Assembly: GCF_000143415.4 (NCBI RefSeq)
Contig: NW_003314265.1
Coordinates: forward strand, 1,109,864-1,173,863
Direction: 5' to 3'
Length of the DNA: 64,000 bases
Source: Selaginella moellendorffii
Lineage: Eukaryota; Plantae; Lycopodiophyta
Each line of letters opens with the position of its first letter. Within the stretch, counting starts at the first letter, position 1. The position numbers and the translations under genes were made by a program. Under the pieces are notes generated by a model. The model was not told the origin of the DNA and did no database searches. It saw only the letters and a list, made by a program, of their open reading frames with translations. This document shows, one piece after another, positions 53,182-64,000 of this stretch.

Positions 53182-53643
53182 ATGGTGGCCATAGCCGCGC
53201 TCCACGCAATTCCATGGCATTCCTCGCAATCTCTGGCGAATGGTCGCGGGAGGAGGAAGATCTGGGCATCGGCAGCGCCGGATTCTCCTCAGAAACCTGG
53301 TACCTTAGCTATTGAGGAGGAAGAAGTTGTAGAAAACGTAGAGAAAGAGGAAGATTATACTGGATCCGGGTGTAAGACTTGCGGGCGATCGGAGGTGATG
53401 TGGGGCTGCAATGGGCTGGGGCGAATCCAGGGCGGCATTGCAGCGGTGCCGGGATTTGGGTGGTGGCCAATCAAGGCATTCCGGCCATGCCCGGCGTTCG
53501 TAGAGTCTGGGGGGCGGTACAAGAGGCAGGGCCAGAGGCTGGACGAGTTCGCCTATGGCAGGCGATTTAGCAAGAGCGAGAAGGAAGCAAGCCGTCCCAC
53601 ATCTGATACTCCTCGCAAGAAGACCACGAAGAAGCGCAATTAG
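53182..53643 (+). CDS. Conserved small plant protein, probably plastid-targeted, with Cys/zinc-finger-like motif
   Basis: Transit-like N-terminus; CKTCG..GCNGLGRIQGGIAAVPGFGWWPIKAFRPCP..GGRYKRQGQ. Confidence 0.75.
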   Translation: MVAIAALHAIPWHSSQSLANGRGRRKIWASAAPDSPQKPGTLAIEEEEVVENVEKEEDYTGSGCKTCGRSEVMWGCNGLGRIQGGIAAVPGFGWWPIKAFRPCPAFVESGGRYKRQGQRLDEFAYGRRFSKSEKEASRPTSDTPRKKTTKKRN

Positions 53644-55619
53644 TATGAAGTTCTTCCACATTCCAAGCACGGGCTGTATTGTTAGTAAAATAATATACAA
53701 AAGTGAAAAATTATTATTTTTATTCATATAAAATTTAAAGACAGTCAATCATAATTCATTATACACTGTTATAAATTTTATATACATAACGTTTTGTAAA
53801 TGTTATAGTTAAAATTTAAATCTTTTTAATACTTAATTTCCTTTTATAATTAAAAGGTATAAAACACTTTTTATGAAAAATATACTAATCTAGCATTAAA
53901 AATATAAATTTAGATTGGATTTATCTGGGCTAGTGATTTATTTAATTGTCTTTTGCATCTTGACACTTGATTGTGAAAATTTTGATGAATTACACTATTA
54001 CTCACACTGATATTTATAAAATAAATTTTTAGTTTATGTGAGTGCTTGGAATATGGAAAGGGAATACAAAAATGTGCATCTCCATTAGCCCAAAAACCCT
54101 AGTTTATATACAGGAGCGACTGGTTCAGATTGAAACCAATCCGACAGCTACCAAAATCCCACTACGCTAATATTAGTATACGGCATCGTAACCGTACACT
54201 TGGCTCTCACATTTATATTAAAACTAAAAACTAAAGATGGATTATAATTATTTATTATGTACTTTTTATAAAGCACATTAAAATTTAATAGTGGTGTATG
54301 ATAACAAGTGAAATAAAATTTGTTATCCACTATAAGATACTAAAAACGTTATGTCTTTTAGAAAATAAAATAATATTTACAAAATGAATGGAGTTTTTAT
54401 TTTAAAAATAAATCTATGTGGATTAAATTTTTTAATATGGTTCAAATTTTAGTTTCAAATTTTGGTTTTAGTATAAATTTAATTTGCATATTTCATGCTA
54501 ATACAATATTAAGGGTTTTATAATATATGTTTTTGCGATGCAGTTGGAGAGATAGAAATGTTGATCATGCCGCCTGACCTTCACAACCTTTGCAAAGAAT
54601 AATTGTGAAAATGTATCCAAAACAATTTATTATATTACATTATCAAAATATGGTATGATGTTTATTTATTGTAAAATATATTATAATGTTGTTGTTGTTT
54701 GTTATAAGAAACTTAATATTGAAAATTTAATATTTGCATTAGTGAAGGATGAAATGCGAATAAAAAAACTATGGTTTTAAAATGCAATTGATTATTAAAA
54801 GTTTTAAAAGCTAAAGAATTAATTATTATTTTTAAAAAAAACACATGAGAAAAAATAAAGACAAGGAAGTACAACTCTAGATGCATAAAATTTTTTATCA
54901 AAAGCATTAAAAAGAAAATGTTTTTAGAAAAATAATGGTTTACTGTCCAATAATATATTTGGAAAAATATTTTGTGTATTAACCACAATATCTAAATATA
55001 AAATAAATTTTGGAATATTATTCATTAAACTCTGAATGAGTTTCATATAGTATTTAAAAATAATTATATGGCTTAATTATTAAAATTATTTAATATATAT
55101 TACATGTTTTACAAATCAAAGTGTTCTGGTTAAAAAAAGTGGACTCAAAAATTTATAAAAAAAACAGAAAACAGAAAATAAAAGATTGTTAAAATTTTAG
55201 AAGTAATAAAATACAAATTTATTGGAAAATTTTGTAGTGCTTATTGTATGAAATATTTATTCATTAATATGGCACATTTGTACCTTCTCCCTAAATTTAT
55301 ACTTATTAGGAGAAGCTTTAATCTTCTTTATTATCCAGGCACTAAAACTTTATATTCAAGGTTTTAATATTGCTATGTTGATTTATTTATTGTCATGAAC
55401 TTTTAAATAAATTTGGACTCCTTTTTGGTTTTTATTTTTATTTGGTAGTAAATTCTAGAGATAGTTTGTAATTGTGCATTTTGGAGATCATGTCATGAAA
55501 TTTATCAAGTCTTATTATTTATTTAAAACTTGTATCACTTAAATATAACCATCTTTATGATTCCTTCTATCCTAGGGTCATAAATCTTTTTCAAATTTGG
55601 TAATTTATGTATTATATAC

Positions 55620-56640
55620 AAAGTGGAATTTAAACCCTTTATGTGCCACATGTTACATACCACATGTCCAAGGATAGTAAAGTGGAACCCAAGTTTTAAA
55701 GAGCCATAAGCCACTAAATGAAAGAATTAAATTAAACTTGCATTAAGCCAAAGAGTGATAGAATGACTCATCTAGAGCACAAAGTAACTTATAATCATTT
55801 AGCCCAAGGAGTGAAGGGACAATAAAGAACAATATTGGAACAGTCCAACATCTCAATGCAAAGACCAATATACAAAACAAAGCCAAATGGAGTTTGGTAT
55901 TGTTTCAACATACCGTTGGTTTAACATAAGGATATAGGTATTTATTAGTTAACATGACATGAAACTTGGGCTTAGACCTAAGCTAGACATAGAACAAAGA
56001 CAAATACGCAAGTAGGAGCTAAACTATGCATTAAATTAATCAATTATGCTCAACATACCCACTATCCTTATTATATATTTGGAACAAGGAATGAATACTT
56101 TGAGCTTTCACCCTTAGTATCAAGAGTTAAATCTCTGGGACAAATTTGAAACTTACTAAATATGGAATAATGTTAAAGTATTAATTTGGATATAAGATCA
56201 ACACTATTGTGTTCAAAATAATCTCTACATTTTATAGATGTTCTAAATTAGCAAATCTAAACATTTTTCATAAATAGTTAATAGAACCAAATGAAACTAG
56301 CATATAGGGCATGATGGTGGGAGTGTTTTAGCTAGAAGCTATCATTTAGCAAATATTGAAAGACTAAGCTCAATATTATGAGAGTTTTTAACATTAGCAA
56401 ATGCAAATCAACAATATAAATTTTTCATCACCACGTCAAATATGTTTGACTAAATGACAACTTAAAATTTCCTTTCTTAGTGCTCTTTTAGTCTAAGTGC
56501 GCATATGATTATTAATTTCTCAACTAACTTAGATGGAGATTGATAAAGGATTCAACAATACCAAGCAATAAAAAAAGAATATCCAAAAGGACTTGCTAAC
56601 AAATAACTTTTGATACCTATAGTCATATTCATGACAATAA
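55620..56640 (-). repeat. Old dispersed repeat, homologous (inverted) to ~22270-22980 and ~29170-29420
   Basis: For example, 55641-55730 matches the reverse complement of 22895-22982 (tttcattcagtggcctaaag...ccactatccttggatatatggcacgtagcatgtg) and of 29350-29400. Confidence 0.6.
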
Positions 56641-56802
56641 TACTTTATCTCATATTTATGTAATACTTATTGATATAATAATATTTAAAAATACCTTAAT
56701 AGAAGTTAAATTTACTCAACTTTGATTTCTTCTTTAAAAAACTTTGAAAAAATCATTTAAAATTCTTAAGTATATTTGATTTCTTTTATCTTTTATTCAC
56801 AG

Positions 56803-56805
<3 letters not shown>

Positions 56806-56837
<32 letters not shown>
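56806..56837 (+). repeat. (GA)n microsatellite
   Basis: Direct run of GA. Confidence 0.85.
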
Positions 56838-56841
<4 letters not shown>

Positions 56842-57096
56842 ATTATCAGTAAATAGGAAAGAATGAATCACTAAAGTAAAAAATTACTAATTACTAATTA
56901 CTTTAATCCAAATAAAAGGAAAATAGCTTTTTGCCGAATCAAATGTGTTGTCACCTTTAATGAAAGCTAAGTAAGAGCATCTCTTTTCCAGCCCAATCGC
57001 ATTGTCGGATCCTCACCGCTCTGGGCGTGCTCTGCTCGTCCAAAGCGAAGCCGGGGTAAAGGAGTTGTAAGATCATGTCATCGTGTCCAAAAGCTC

Positions 57097-58377
57097 TCAG
57101 CACACATTGCAAGGAGGCGAGCCCGCTTGATCATCTCTACTAGACTGCTGCAATCGCTTCCTGGCAGCTGCGATGGCCGCCTTGACACCGGCATGATCCG
57201 ACTTCTTGATCACCTTGCTCGCAGAGGCATCCTCCTCAACCCCTCCAATCTCCTCCAGCGAACAGCAGGCATCTAGAGCGATCAAAATCGTCTCCCGGCT
57301 CCTCCTCGATTTCTCCATCTTCTCGTACACCCCCATCGCCATATCCCTTCTTCCAGCGTCTACATAGCTCTTGATCATCACGTTCCAGGCCTCGGCACTC
57401 TTCTTCTCTAGATTCACAAACAGCTTTCTTGCCATCTCCAAATCCCCACACTGGGCGTAGAACGCAAAGATCGCCGTCCGGAGCTTTAGATCCGCGCGGA
57501 CCTCGCTCGAGACCAAGCACGCGTGGATGACACGCCCCTCGGCCAGCGCCCGCGCCCTCGCACAGCAATCAAACATCACAACCAGGAGCTCCGAGTCGGC
57601 CTCCAGATCCATGTTCTTGTACGCCTCGAGCGCGCGCTTGTGATCACCATTCTCGACGTAGCACCGGATCATGGCCGCCCAGGCGCTCACGCCGCGCTTC
57701 TTCCTCTCCAGGCTCTCGAACACCTGGAGCGCTAGATCCACGGCGCCGCACTGGCTGTACATCTCGATCAGGAGCTCGGCCAGGAACGGGTTCCTCGCGA
57801 ATCCCTCCGCGACGAGCTGGTTGTGGACCTTGATGCCCTGCTCCAGCGCGCGGTGCTGGGCGCAGTGGCGCAGCAGCGCGGCGTAGCCCGGCGGGGAATC
57901 CACCTGGTTGGCCTCGGATCGCAGGAGCTCGAGCGTGTAGTCGACGTTGCCCGCGCGCGCGAGCGCCGCGATGAACTCCTGGCGCTTGCCGATGTGGACG
58001 CTGGCGCGCTCCTTGAGCGCCTGGCGCGCGACGTCGCGCCACCATCGCCAGTCCACCGTGTCGGAGCGGAAATCGTTGGAGAGCCAGACCAGGTAGTCCG
58101 TGGGCAGCGCGCCCAGCGGCGTCCCGACGTGGATGCCGAAGTTGATGGGCGTCCGGCAGGTGCCATCGACGAGGAAGTCGAGGAACTCCTTGGACAGCTC
58201 GCGCGGCCTCTTCATGTCCTCGAAGACGAAGGGGTTCCAGACGCCGGCGGGGAGCTCGCCCCTCCGCCAGCGCACCCAGATCGATCGGTACTTACTTGCC
58301 GACGCCGCCCACAAGAATGCGGGGCTCCTCGGCCGCGAGCACAGCGCCATCGCTACCCACGCAAGAACCCTAGACAA
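57097..58377 (-). CDS. PPR protein with N-terminal FGxHxG..LP..YL.W (DUF3820/QSregVF_b-like) module
   Basis: INFGIHVGTPLGALPTDYLVWLS followed by PLS-type repeats (YAALLRHCA, LIEMYSQCG..ALQVF, AWAAMIRCYVENG). Confidence 0.82.
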   Translation of the reverse strand: MSRVLAWVAMALCSRPRSPAFLWAASASKYRSIWVRWRRGELPAGVWNPFVFEDMKRPRELSKEFLDFLVDGTCRTPINFGIHVGTPLGALPTDYLVWLSNDFRSDTVDWRWWRDVARQALKERASVHIGKRQEFIAALARAGNVDYTLELLRSEANQVDSPPGYAALLRHCAQHRALEQGIKVHNQLVAEGFARNPFLAELLIEMYSQCGAVDLALQVFESLERKKRGVSAWAAMIRCYVENGDHKRALEAYKNMDLEADSELLVVMFDCCARARALAEGRVIHACLVSSEVRADLKLRTAIFAFYAQCGDLEMARKLFVNLEKKSAEAWNVMIKSYVDAGRRDMAMGVYEKMEKSRRSRETILIALDACCSLEEIGGVEEDASASKVIKKSDHAGVKAAIAAARKRLQQSSRDDQAGSPPCNVC

Positions 58378-59181
58378 GCCCTACATTTGAAAAGCCCTAA
58401 ACCCAGAGCGCGCAAAGATTAACACTTACCGAATATACCATTTTTAAATTCAAAGTTGCTATGAATGATAATGGAACGAAATGCTTTCTCGTTCTTCTGG
58501 TGGTCTCGATTCATGGCAGCGGTAGCCCAGATCCCTTCGAATCTGCGCAACTCGCGCGTCTTCGTGATCCCTGCAATTGTCGATTCGTGTGCCTTTCGCA
58601 CTGGCAATCCATACTTATACTTGCCCGAGCTGGCAAGGGATTTGGCAGCGGACGATCGCTGCTCGTTTTCACGGTCAGCAAGGCCTCGCTGGGAACTTGT
58701 CGCAGAGCGGATGTGCGTAGAGAGTCCACTTTGTTCCAAGATCATGTCTCTCTTTGTTCTTCAAATGTACTACTACTCAAAGAGATTGCTAATCACGCTA
58801 GAATGACAATCCTAGAGCTCGGGCTTGACGGTTGCCTTTTCTTCTTTACGAGCTAATTTGCCGGCTAAAACACCCGACACTCCCATCCAACGGCCAATCG
58901 ACCCCAAAAAGCGGTTGTTGCAAGAACCTGTCTTTAAAATTTACAAAACACAAGAATAAATCGGGCTCTTTTTCCTTGATTTGAGACCAATCACAATTCT
59001 ACGTGCTTCACATCATCCGTCTTCGAATTCATGATCAGTGTGCTTTCGTTTAGCGCAACCGGCTCATACGGGTTGAACAACGTCCGCGGAGACGATTCAC
59101 GAGCATCTGATGCAAACACAGCGACATCCACCACCATCTCTTGCATGTGTGATTTCCAAGTTGGAAGTACCTTGGATGTAA

Positions 59182-60960
59182 TCAACCAGGTTGCAAGGTG
59201 TTGGCCATGAGAACAAACGAAGCGGCGTTGTGCGGATCGAGCTTGGCAATGTTCTCCATAGCTCGAGCTCCACACTCGGCATTGTTGTGGATCCGGCAGG
59301 CACCCAGCAGTGTTTTCCACACCACCACATCCGCCGGAACTGGCATGCTTTGCAGCAGCTGCTCCGCCTCGGAAAGCCTCCCGACTCGTCCAAAAGCATC
59401 GATCAAGCACGAGTAGTGCCGCGACGTTGGCAGGCTTCCATAGTCGCAAGCTGTGGAGAAAAACTGGTTCCATCCTTGTTCGATCATCCCAAGCCGGCTA
59501 CACGCTGTTAGAACAATCGCAAAGGTAATCATCTGTGGCCTTGTCCCCTGGAGATTCAAGCGATGAAACAACGAGAGAACCTCTAGAGGGCGATTGTTCT
59601 TGGCGTAAGTGGCCATTGTCGTGTTCCAGGAAACCATGTCTTTCACAGGGATCTCGCTCAAGAGCCTCTCGGCCTTGAGCAAATCTCCTCGATCGCCATA
59701 AGCCGCCGCTAGAGCGTTCCAGGAGGCCGAGTTCTTCTCGGGCATGAAGAAAATTATTCTTTGCGCTTCGGCCAGGTGACCAGTCACAATGTGGCACGTA
59801 CACACCGCCGTCCATGTCAGCACGTCCTTTTGAGGGATATACCTTAGCAGGAATAGCACCTCTTCCAGATGCCCCTTGTGGGCATATGCGGTGAGCATTG
59901 TGTTCCAGGATACGAGATTCCTGTACGGCATTGTGTCGAACAGGACCCGAGATTCTTCTAGATGCCCGTACAGGCCATACGACGCGATCATGCAATTGTA
60001 CGACACGACGTTCCTCTGTGGCATGGAGTTGAAGAGGCGTCTAGATTCTTCAAGATTCCTGTCCTGGGCAAAGGCATAGATTATTGTGTTAAAAGAGATG
60101 ACGTCTCTGAAAACCATTCTATCAAAGAGATTTTTTGCCCGCTCCAAAAGCCCACACTCTGCGTACAAAGATACCATTGCGTTCCACGACACAAGGCTCT
60201 CCTCCGGCATCTCGAGAAAGATTCGCTCTGCCTCCTCAAGATTCCCATAGTCAGCATATCCCTGGAGCATCGTGTTCCATGTCACCACGTTCCTCTCCGG
60301 CATCGCGTTAAAAACCCGTCGTGATTCGTCCACGTGTCCTACCCGCGCATACGCCGTCACCATGGCAGTCCAGCTCACCACGTTCTTAACCGGCATCTCC
60401 TCAAAGAGAACCTTTGCCTCGAAAAGATGCCCGTTTTCGGCATATGCCTGGATCATGGTGTTGTAAGAGACAACATTCTTCTCGTCCATGGAATCAAACA
60501 TTGACTTTGCCTCCTCCAAAAAATCCATCTCTGCATACCCATCGATCATCGTGTTACAAGATATGAGATCTCTCTCTGCGGCCAATTCGTAAATCCTCCT
60601 CGCCTCCTCCAAATCCCCGTTGCGGGCATACGCCGCCATCAACGAGTTCCACGACACGACGTCCCAGCCGGGCATTCCATCAAAAATCTCTCTCGCTTTC
60701 TCCACCTCCCCATTCTCCGAGAGTGCCTGGAGGAGCGTGTTCCAGGAGATGAGGTTGGGCTTTCTGATCTGGCCGAAAATCTTCAGCGCGTCTTCAAGGC
60801 TGCCGCATCGCCCATACATTTGCAATGCGAGATTGGAGAGGTAACGATCGAGCTCGTATTTCGATGCCACGATGGAGGCATGGACACTCCTGGCCTGGGA
60901 GAGATCCTTGGCATCGCGGCAAGACCTCAAAAGTTCGGCGATTTGGTCCCTAACAGCCAT
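59182..60960 (-). CDS. PLS-class PPR protein with many tandem S/SS motifs and truncated E domain (organellar RNA-editing factor-like)
   Basis: Repeated (N/D)VVSWN(T/A)M..YA..G.L.EA..IF..MP; HYSCLIDAFGRVGRL..AE, WKTLLGACRIH and ASFVLMAN. Confidence 0.93.
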   Translation of the reverse strand: MAVRDQIAELLRSCRDAKDLSQARSVHASIVASKYELDRYLSNLALQMYGRCGSLEDALKIFGQIRKPNLISWNTLLQALSENGEVEKAREIFDGMPGWDVVSWNSLMAAYARNGDLEEARRIYELAAERDLISCNTMIDGYAEMDFLEEAKSMFDSMDEKNVVSYNTMIQAYAENGHLFEAKVLFEEMPVKNVVSWTAMVTAYARVGHVDESRRVFNAMPERNVVTWNTMLQGYADYGNLEEAERIFLEMPEESLVSWNAMVSLYAECGLLERAKNLFDRMVFRDVISFNTIIYAFAQDRNLEESRRLFNSMPQRNVVSYNCMIASYGLYGHLEESRVLFDTMPYRNLVSWNTMLTAYAHKGHLEEVLFLLRYIPQKDVLTWTAVCTCHIVTGHLAEAQRIIFFMPEKNSASWNALAAAYGDRGDLLKAERLLSEIPVKDMVSWNTTMATYAKNNRPLEVLSLFHRLNLQGTRPQMITFAIVLTACSRLGMIEQGWNQFFSTACDYGSLPTSRHYSCLIDAFGRVGRLSEAEQLLQSMPVPADVVVWKTLLGACRIHNNAECGARAMENIAKLDPHNAASFVLMANTLQPG

Positions 60961-61906
60961 TCAGCTGAATCCAAGCCCTAACGAATTCAGTTGTCCGTAC
61001 AACTCGGGGCATCACCGCGCAGAATTTGAGGAGGCGATTGAACTGCTCGTGGCTGCAGGAAAAGGAGTTGGCAAACTACATTGAATCACAGGTGGGGGCC
61101 GATTAAAACCCCGCTTCTTCATGTTCTTGGATGGATTTCTTATTTAGCTTTCCTGCTACTAGTGATTTGTTTTTAGTTGGTTTGGTTGCGATCTCTACCA
61201 TCTTTTTCGTTCTTTTTCTTGTTTTCATTTTTGTAGTTTTTTGTTCGTTTGGGAATTGGAGTCTATTTCCTCCATTCAAAGATGGAATTATGAATGTATC
61301 CTTCGATTTTTTATTTTTTTTGTCACACACTGTCAAAACTAAGCAAGAAATCCATCCAATCGTTGTTTTAGCGAGGCTTCAATCTTTCTCCATCCTCTTG
61401 ACAATGCAGGGGCCCTAGCTCCATTCTCAATTCTACCATTGGTAATGCGTTTCTCAAATGAGGTAGCTTAGTTACAAGCACTACCTATCATGAGTTTTTC
61501 TCGGCAATCTCGAAATGTTTTCGCAATTTAGACAGGGTGTTTTGCTTACGACTTGATCATGAGCACCAGGGCTCTGGGACGACGCAGTGCCACTTCGATA
61601 TTCAAGGGCGCCCATCCCTGAGAACACTTGGTTGGTTGAACTCCCTCTCTCTGTCTGTGAGCTATTCTAGCAATGAAAAATGAAAAACAAAATTTGCAAA
61701 ATATTAAATCCTTTGGAATCCTGAGTTGTAGACATTGCAAGAACAATAAAGTTCTTTATTTTTTAATTCACAATACCATCCATTAATCATCCCTGTGCGT
61801 GAATTATTGATGCTTATTGTTTAATACATTAAATTATTCATAATTTCTTTTTACAAAATAGGGCAATAAAATTTTACTCGCAATTAAAAAATTAAACATT
61901 AAGAAG

Positions 61907-61972
61907 GGAGATGTAGTGGTTATAACCAGTGCAAGAGCTCACTTTACCCGGGTTCAATTCCCGGCATCTCCA
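61907..61972 (+). ncRNA. tRNA-like element or tRNA pseudogene with aberrant D and anticodon arms
   Basis: Acceptor stem GGAGATG/CATCTCC-A and perfect T-arm CCGGG-TTCAATT-CCCGG. The D region is shortened, the middle stem AGTG/CACT has an 8-nt loop, and a T-run lies at ~61980. Confidence 0.7.
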
Positions 61973-62082
61973 AAATCTATTTTGCTAAAAAGTAGGGCAG
62001 AAAATATTGCTAACAAAAAAGAACCTTTTTTGTTAAAACCTTGATGTTATTCACATTGATTTACAAGGATTCGGAGATGAGC

Positions 62083-64000
62083 TTACGAGGTGAGAATATC
62101 AGGAAAATAGTCGGATCTTCCACCGAGTATCCGGCCCTTCATGTCTGGAAAGGAGGAGAATCCCGGGAGCTCACTAACGGTGCCATCTTTCGCCACAGTG
62201 ATCGGGTATGCCAAGAGATGGCCCGGAAGATCCACCTCGGGCTCCCCCGCGTAGAGCTGCCAGTAGTAGTCCCCCATGCTGTTCATCTTTCTCATGCACT
62301 GGACGCTGCTGGGGGCCAGGAAATCGTTGTCAAGCACACCCGTGTGCTCGTACCACAGCGACATTCTAAAGCCGTGGACTTGGCCCCGCGGTGGCTGCGC
62401 CAGGCAAGTGTGGTATGGCTGGTAAGCTCCCATGGCGATCTCCGTGTCGCGGCCGCCATCCATGGAGCGCTGGTTTATATTCGCCGATCCAACTATGATG
62501 TATTCATCGTCCACTGCGCAAGAGATCTTCTCGTAAGTTCGCTAGAAAACTTTGAAACGAGGCAGGCTGGCTTACCGATCATCATCTTGGAGTGGACGTA
62601 GACCATGAAGCGGCGATGGTCCTGCGCGAGCTTGTAGCTGGAGCCCGGCTCGGGAGACTCCACAGGCAAGTAGTCGCCGGGAGCTCGCCTCTCCCGGTTC
62701 CCCAGGCAGTAGAAGGAGAGGTAGTCTCGCAGATCCACGTCGACGAGCTGCTTGGCGAAGAGTGCCGGAGCGATGGTCCTGTACATCATCTCCATGGTCC
62801 TCACCATCATCTCCAGGATCGCCATCACCTGGGGGCTGTCGGGGACTCCCTCGGGCCACATTGGAATGACGATGTAGACCCGGAAAGGCTGGCCGGCTTG
62901 GATCTTGCTCACGATCTTGAGCGCTATCTCGCGGGGAACCAAGTGGTGAGCTCCAGCGTTTTGGTGCGACTCCCACGCGAAAGAGCTTCCCAGGAAGTAT
63001 TGGTTCTCGATGTAGATGAAGTCCTTGGCTCGCCGGATAGCCGCGATGAAAGCGTCGTGGACGCTCCTGTCGATGATGTTGTCCTTGCCGCTCACCAGTC
63101 CCATTGCTCCCGCTGCTGCTGGATCCTGCGGGAAGCCAGCCACCGCCGCCGCGTCGATCGACCGGAAGAGTTGTACGTTCCAAGTGTTCCAGTCTTCTCC
63201 TGGACAAGCCGGGGCGGTCGGGGGAACGATGGATCTCATCTGCGCCAGCTCGAGCAGCCAGTTCGCGTCCTTGCTCGCCTGCTTTCTCCACCGCTGCTCG
63301 AAGTTGTGGAGCACGTCCCAGGCGGCCGGGCCTTCTATCCGCGCGTGGATGTCGTGCCACGGCTCTCTCGGCCCGCCGAACTTGCGACACGCCCTGGGAA
63401 AGCTCGTCTGCCGAAAGTCGTCCTTGTGCTCGGCATTGAGCGTGTGGAAGACCGAGTGATGCTGGTTGTCATATCTTCCCGCAGCGAGGTCCAGACCACC
63501 CACGAAACTTGTGATGGCCCTCATATGGCTTCCGGGTGCCGGGACATCAACCGTCAGCGTCTTCTGGTGGTGTGTAAACATGGCACCGATCTGGAAGCCT
63601 TGGACGATGCTGAGACCACTGTCCGGATTCCTGGGACACAGCCGGCACTTGACTTTGGTGTTCTTGAAATAATTGAAAGTCTCCTCGTCGTGAGTGTTCA
63701 TCACGCCCTCCGTCTTGACGACGCTGAGAGAGGTCCGGTCATCCCAGACGAGGAGTAAAACTCGGACTCCCTCCTCGGCTTTCCTCCGCAGGAGCTGGCC
63801 CAGCGTCTGTGCCTCGGCTCCCAGCGAAGCTCTTGCGGGGTCTCGGATCATCGTGATCTCGGTGAAAACCGACCACCCTGTGATGTAGATCAAATGCTTG
63901 GCGTTGGAAATGGCGTGGAACATATCCTCCCAGCACCGAGTCGGCTGATAGAGCTGATCTCCCGCGAGAAAAATCGGTGGCAGGAAGTTGTCACTCATGT
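62083..64000 (-). CDS. Phospholipase D alpha-type, 5' part beyond window
   Basis: Two HKD motifs ([10 protein letters not shown]; YVHSKMMI|VDD), [31 protein letters not shown]; ends PDILTS. Confidence 0.95.

Noticed and set aside
62572-63758. Long alternative or antisense ORFs over PLD (272 aa, 388 aa), and similar ones over the PPR and transposase genes
   Set aside because: Shadow ORFs expected from GC-rich codon usage; no motifs.

Overview
Eukaryotic land-plant nuclear DNA. The ~50-60 bp introns, the PLS-E PPR gene ending early in the E domain and the B3-less ARF suggest a Selaginella-like lycophyte (inference). The first ~32 kb is transposon-rich. It opens with the 3' part of a decayed endonuclease-bearing Helitron (Helentron-type, 1-~3545). 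Next is a NEMF/Rqc2 pseudogene whose ~60-bp intron is interrupted by a complete 13.1-kb DNA transposon (4994-18107; 24-bp TIRs, probable AAAA TSD). Two inverted Ty1/copia remnants and a ~1-kb triple inverted repeat follow. The 13.1-kb element is the standout. It encodes a Sola-like DDD transposase and, divergently, a multi-exon gene with a ParB/Srx-like domain, a degenerate DNA-methyltransferase-like fold and an FCP1/NIF phosphatase-like domain. It is strewn with ~27 copies of a 22-bp palindrome (ATGGCRTGWGGCCWCAYGCCAT) that I saw nowhere else in the window. These copies sit inside tiny introns, in-frame in exons, and at the ends of a 192-bp hairpin upstream of the transposase. The second half is gene-dense host DNA: GDSL lipase, tRNA-Val(TAC), organellar RPL19, non-canonical ARF, LONRF, degenerate SENP-like ORFs, YODA-like MAPKKK, a MITE, a small plastid Cys-motif protein, two PPR genes, an aberrant tRNA-like element and PLD-alpha (cut by the window end). 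All domain calls come from reading motifs by eye; no searches were run.
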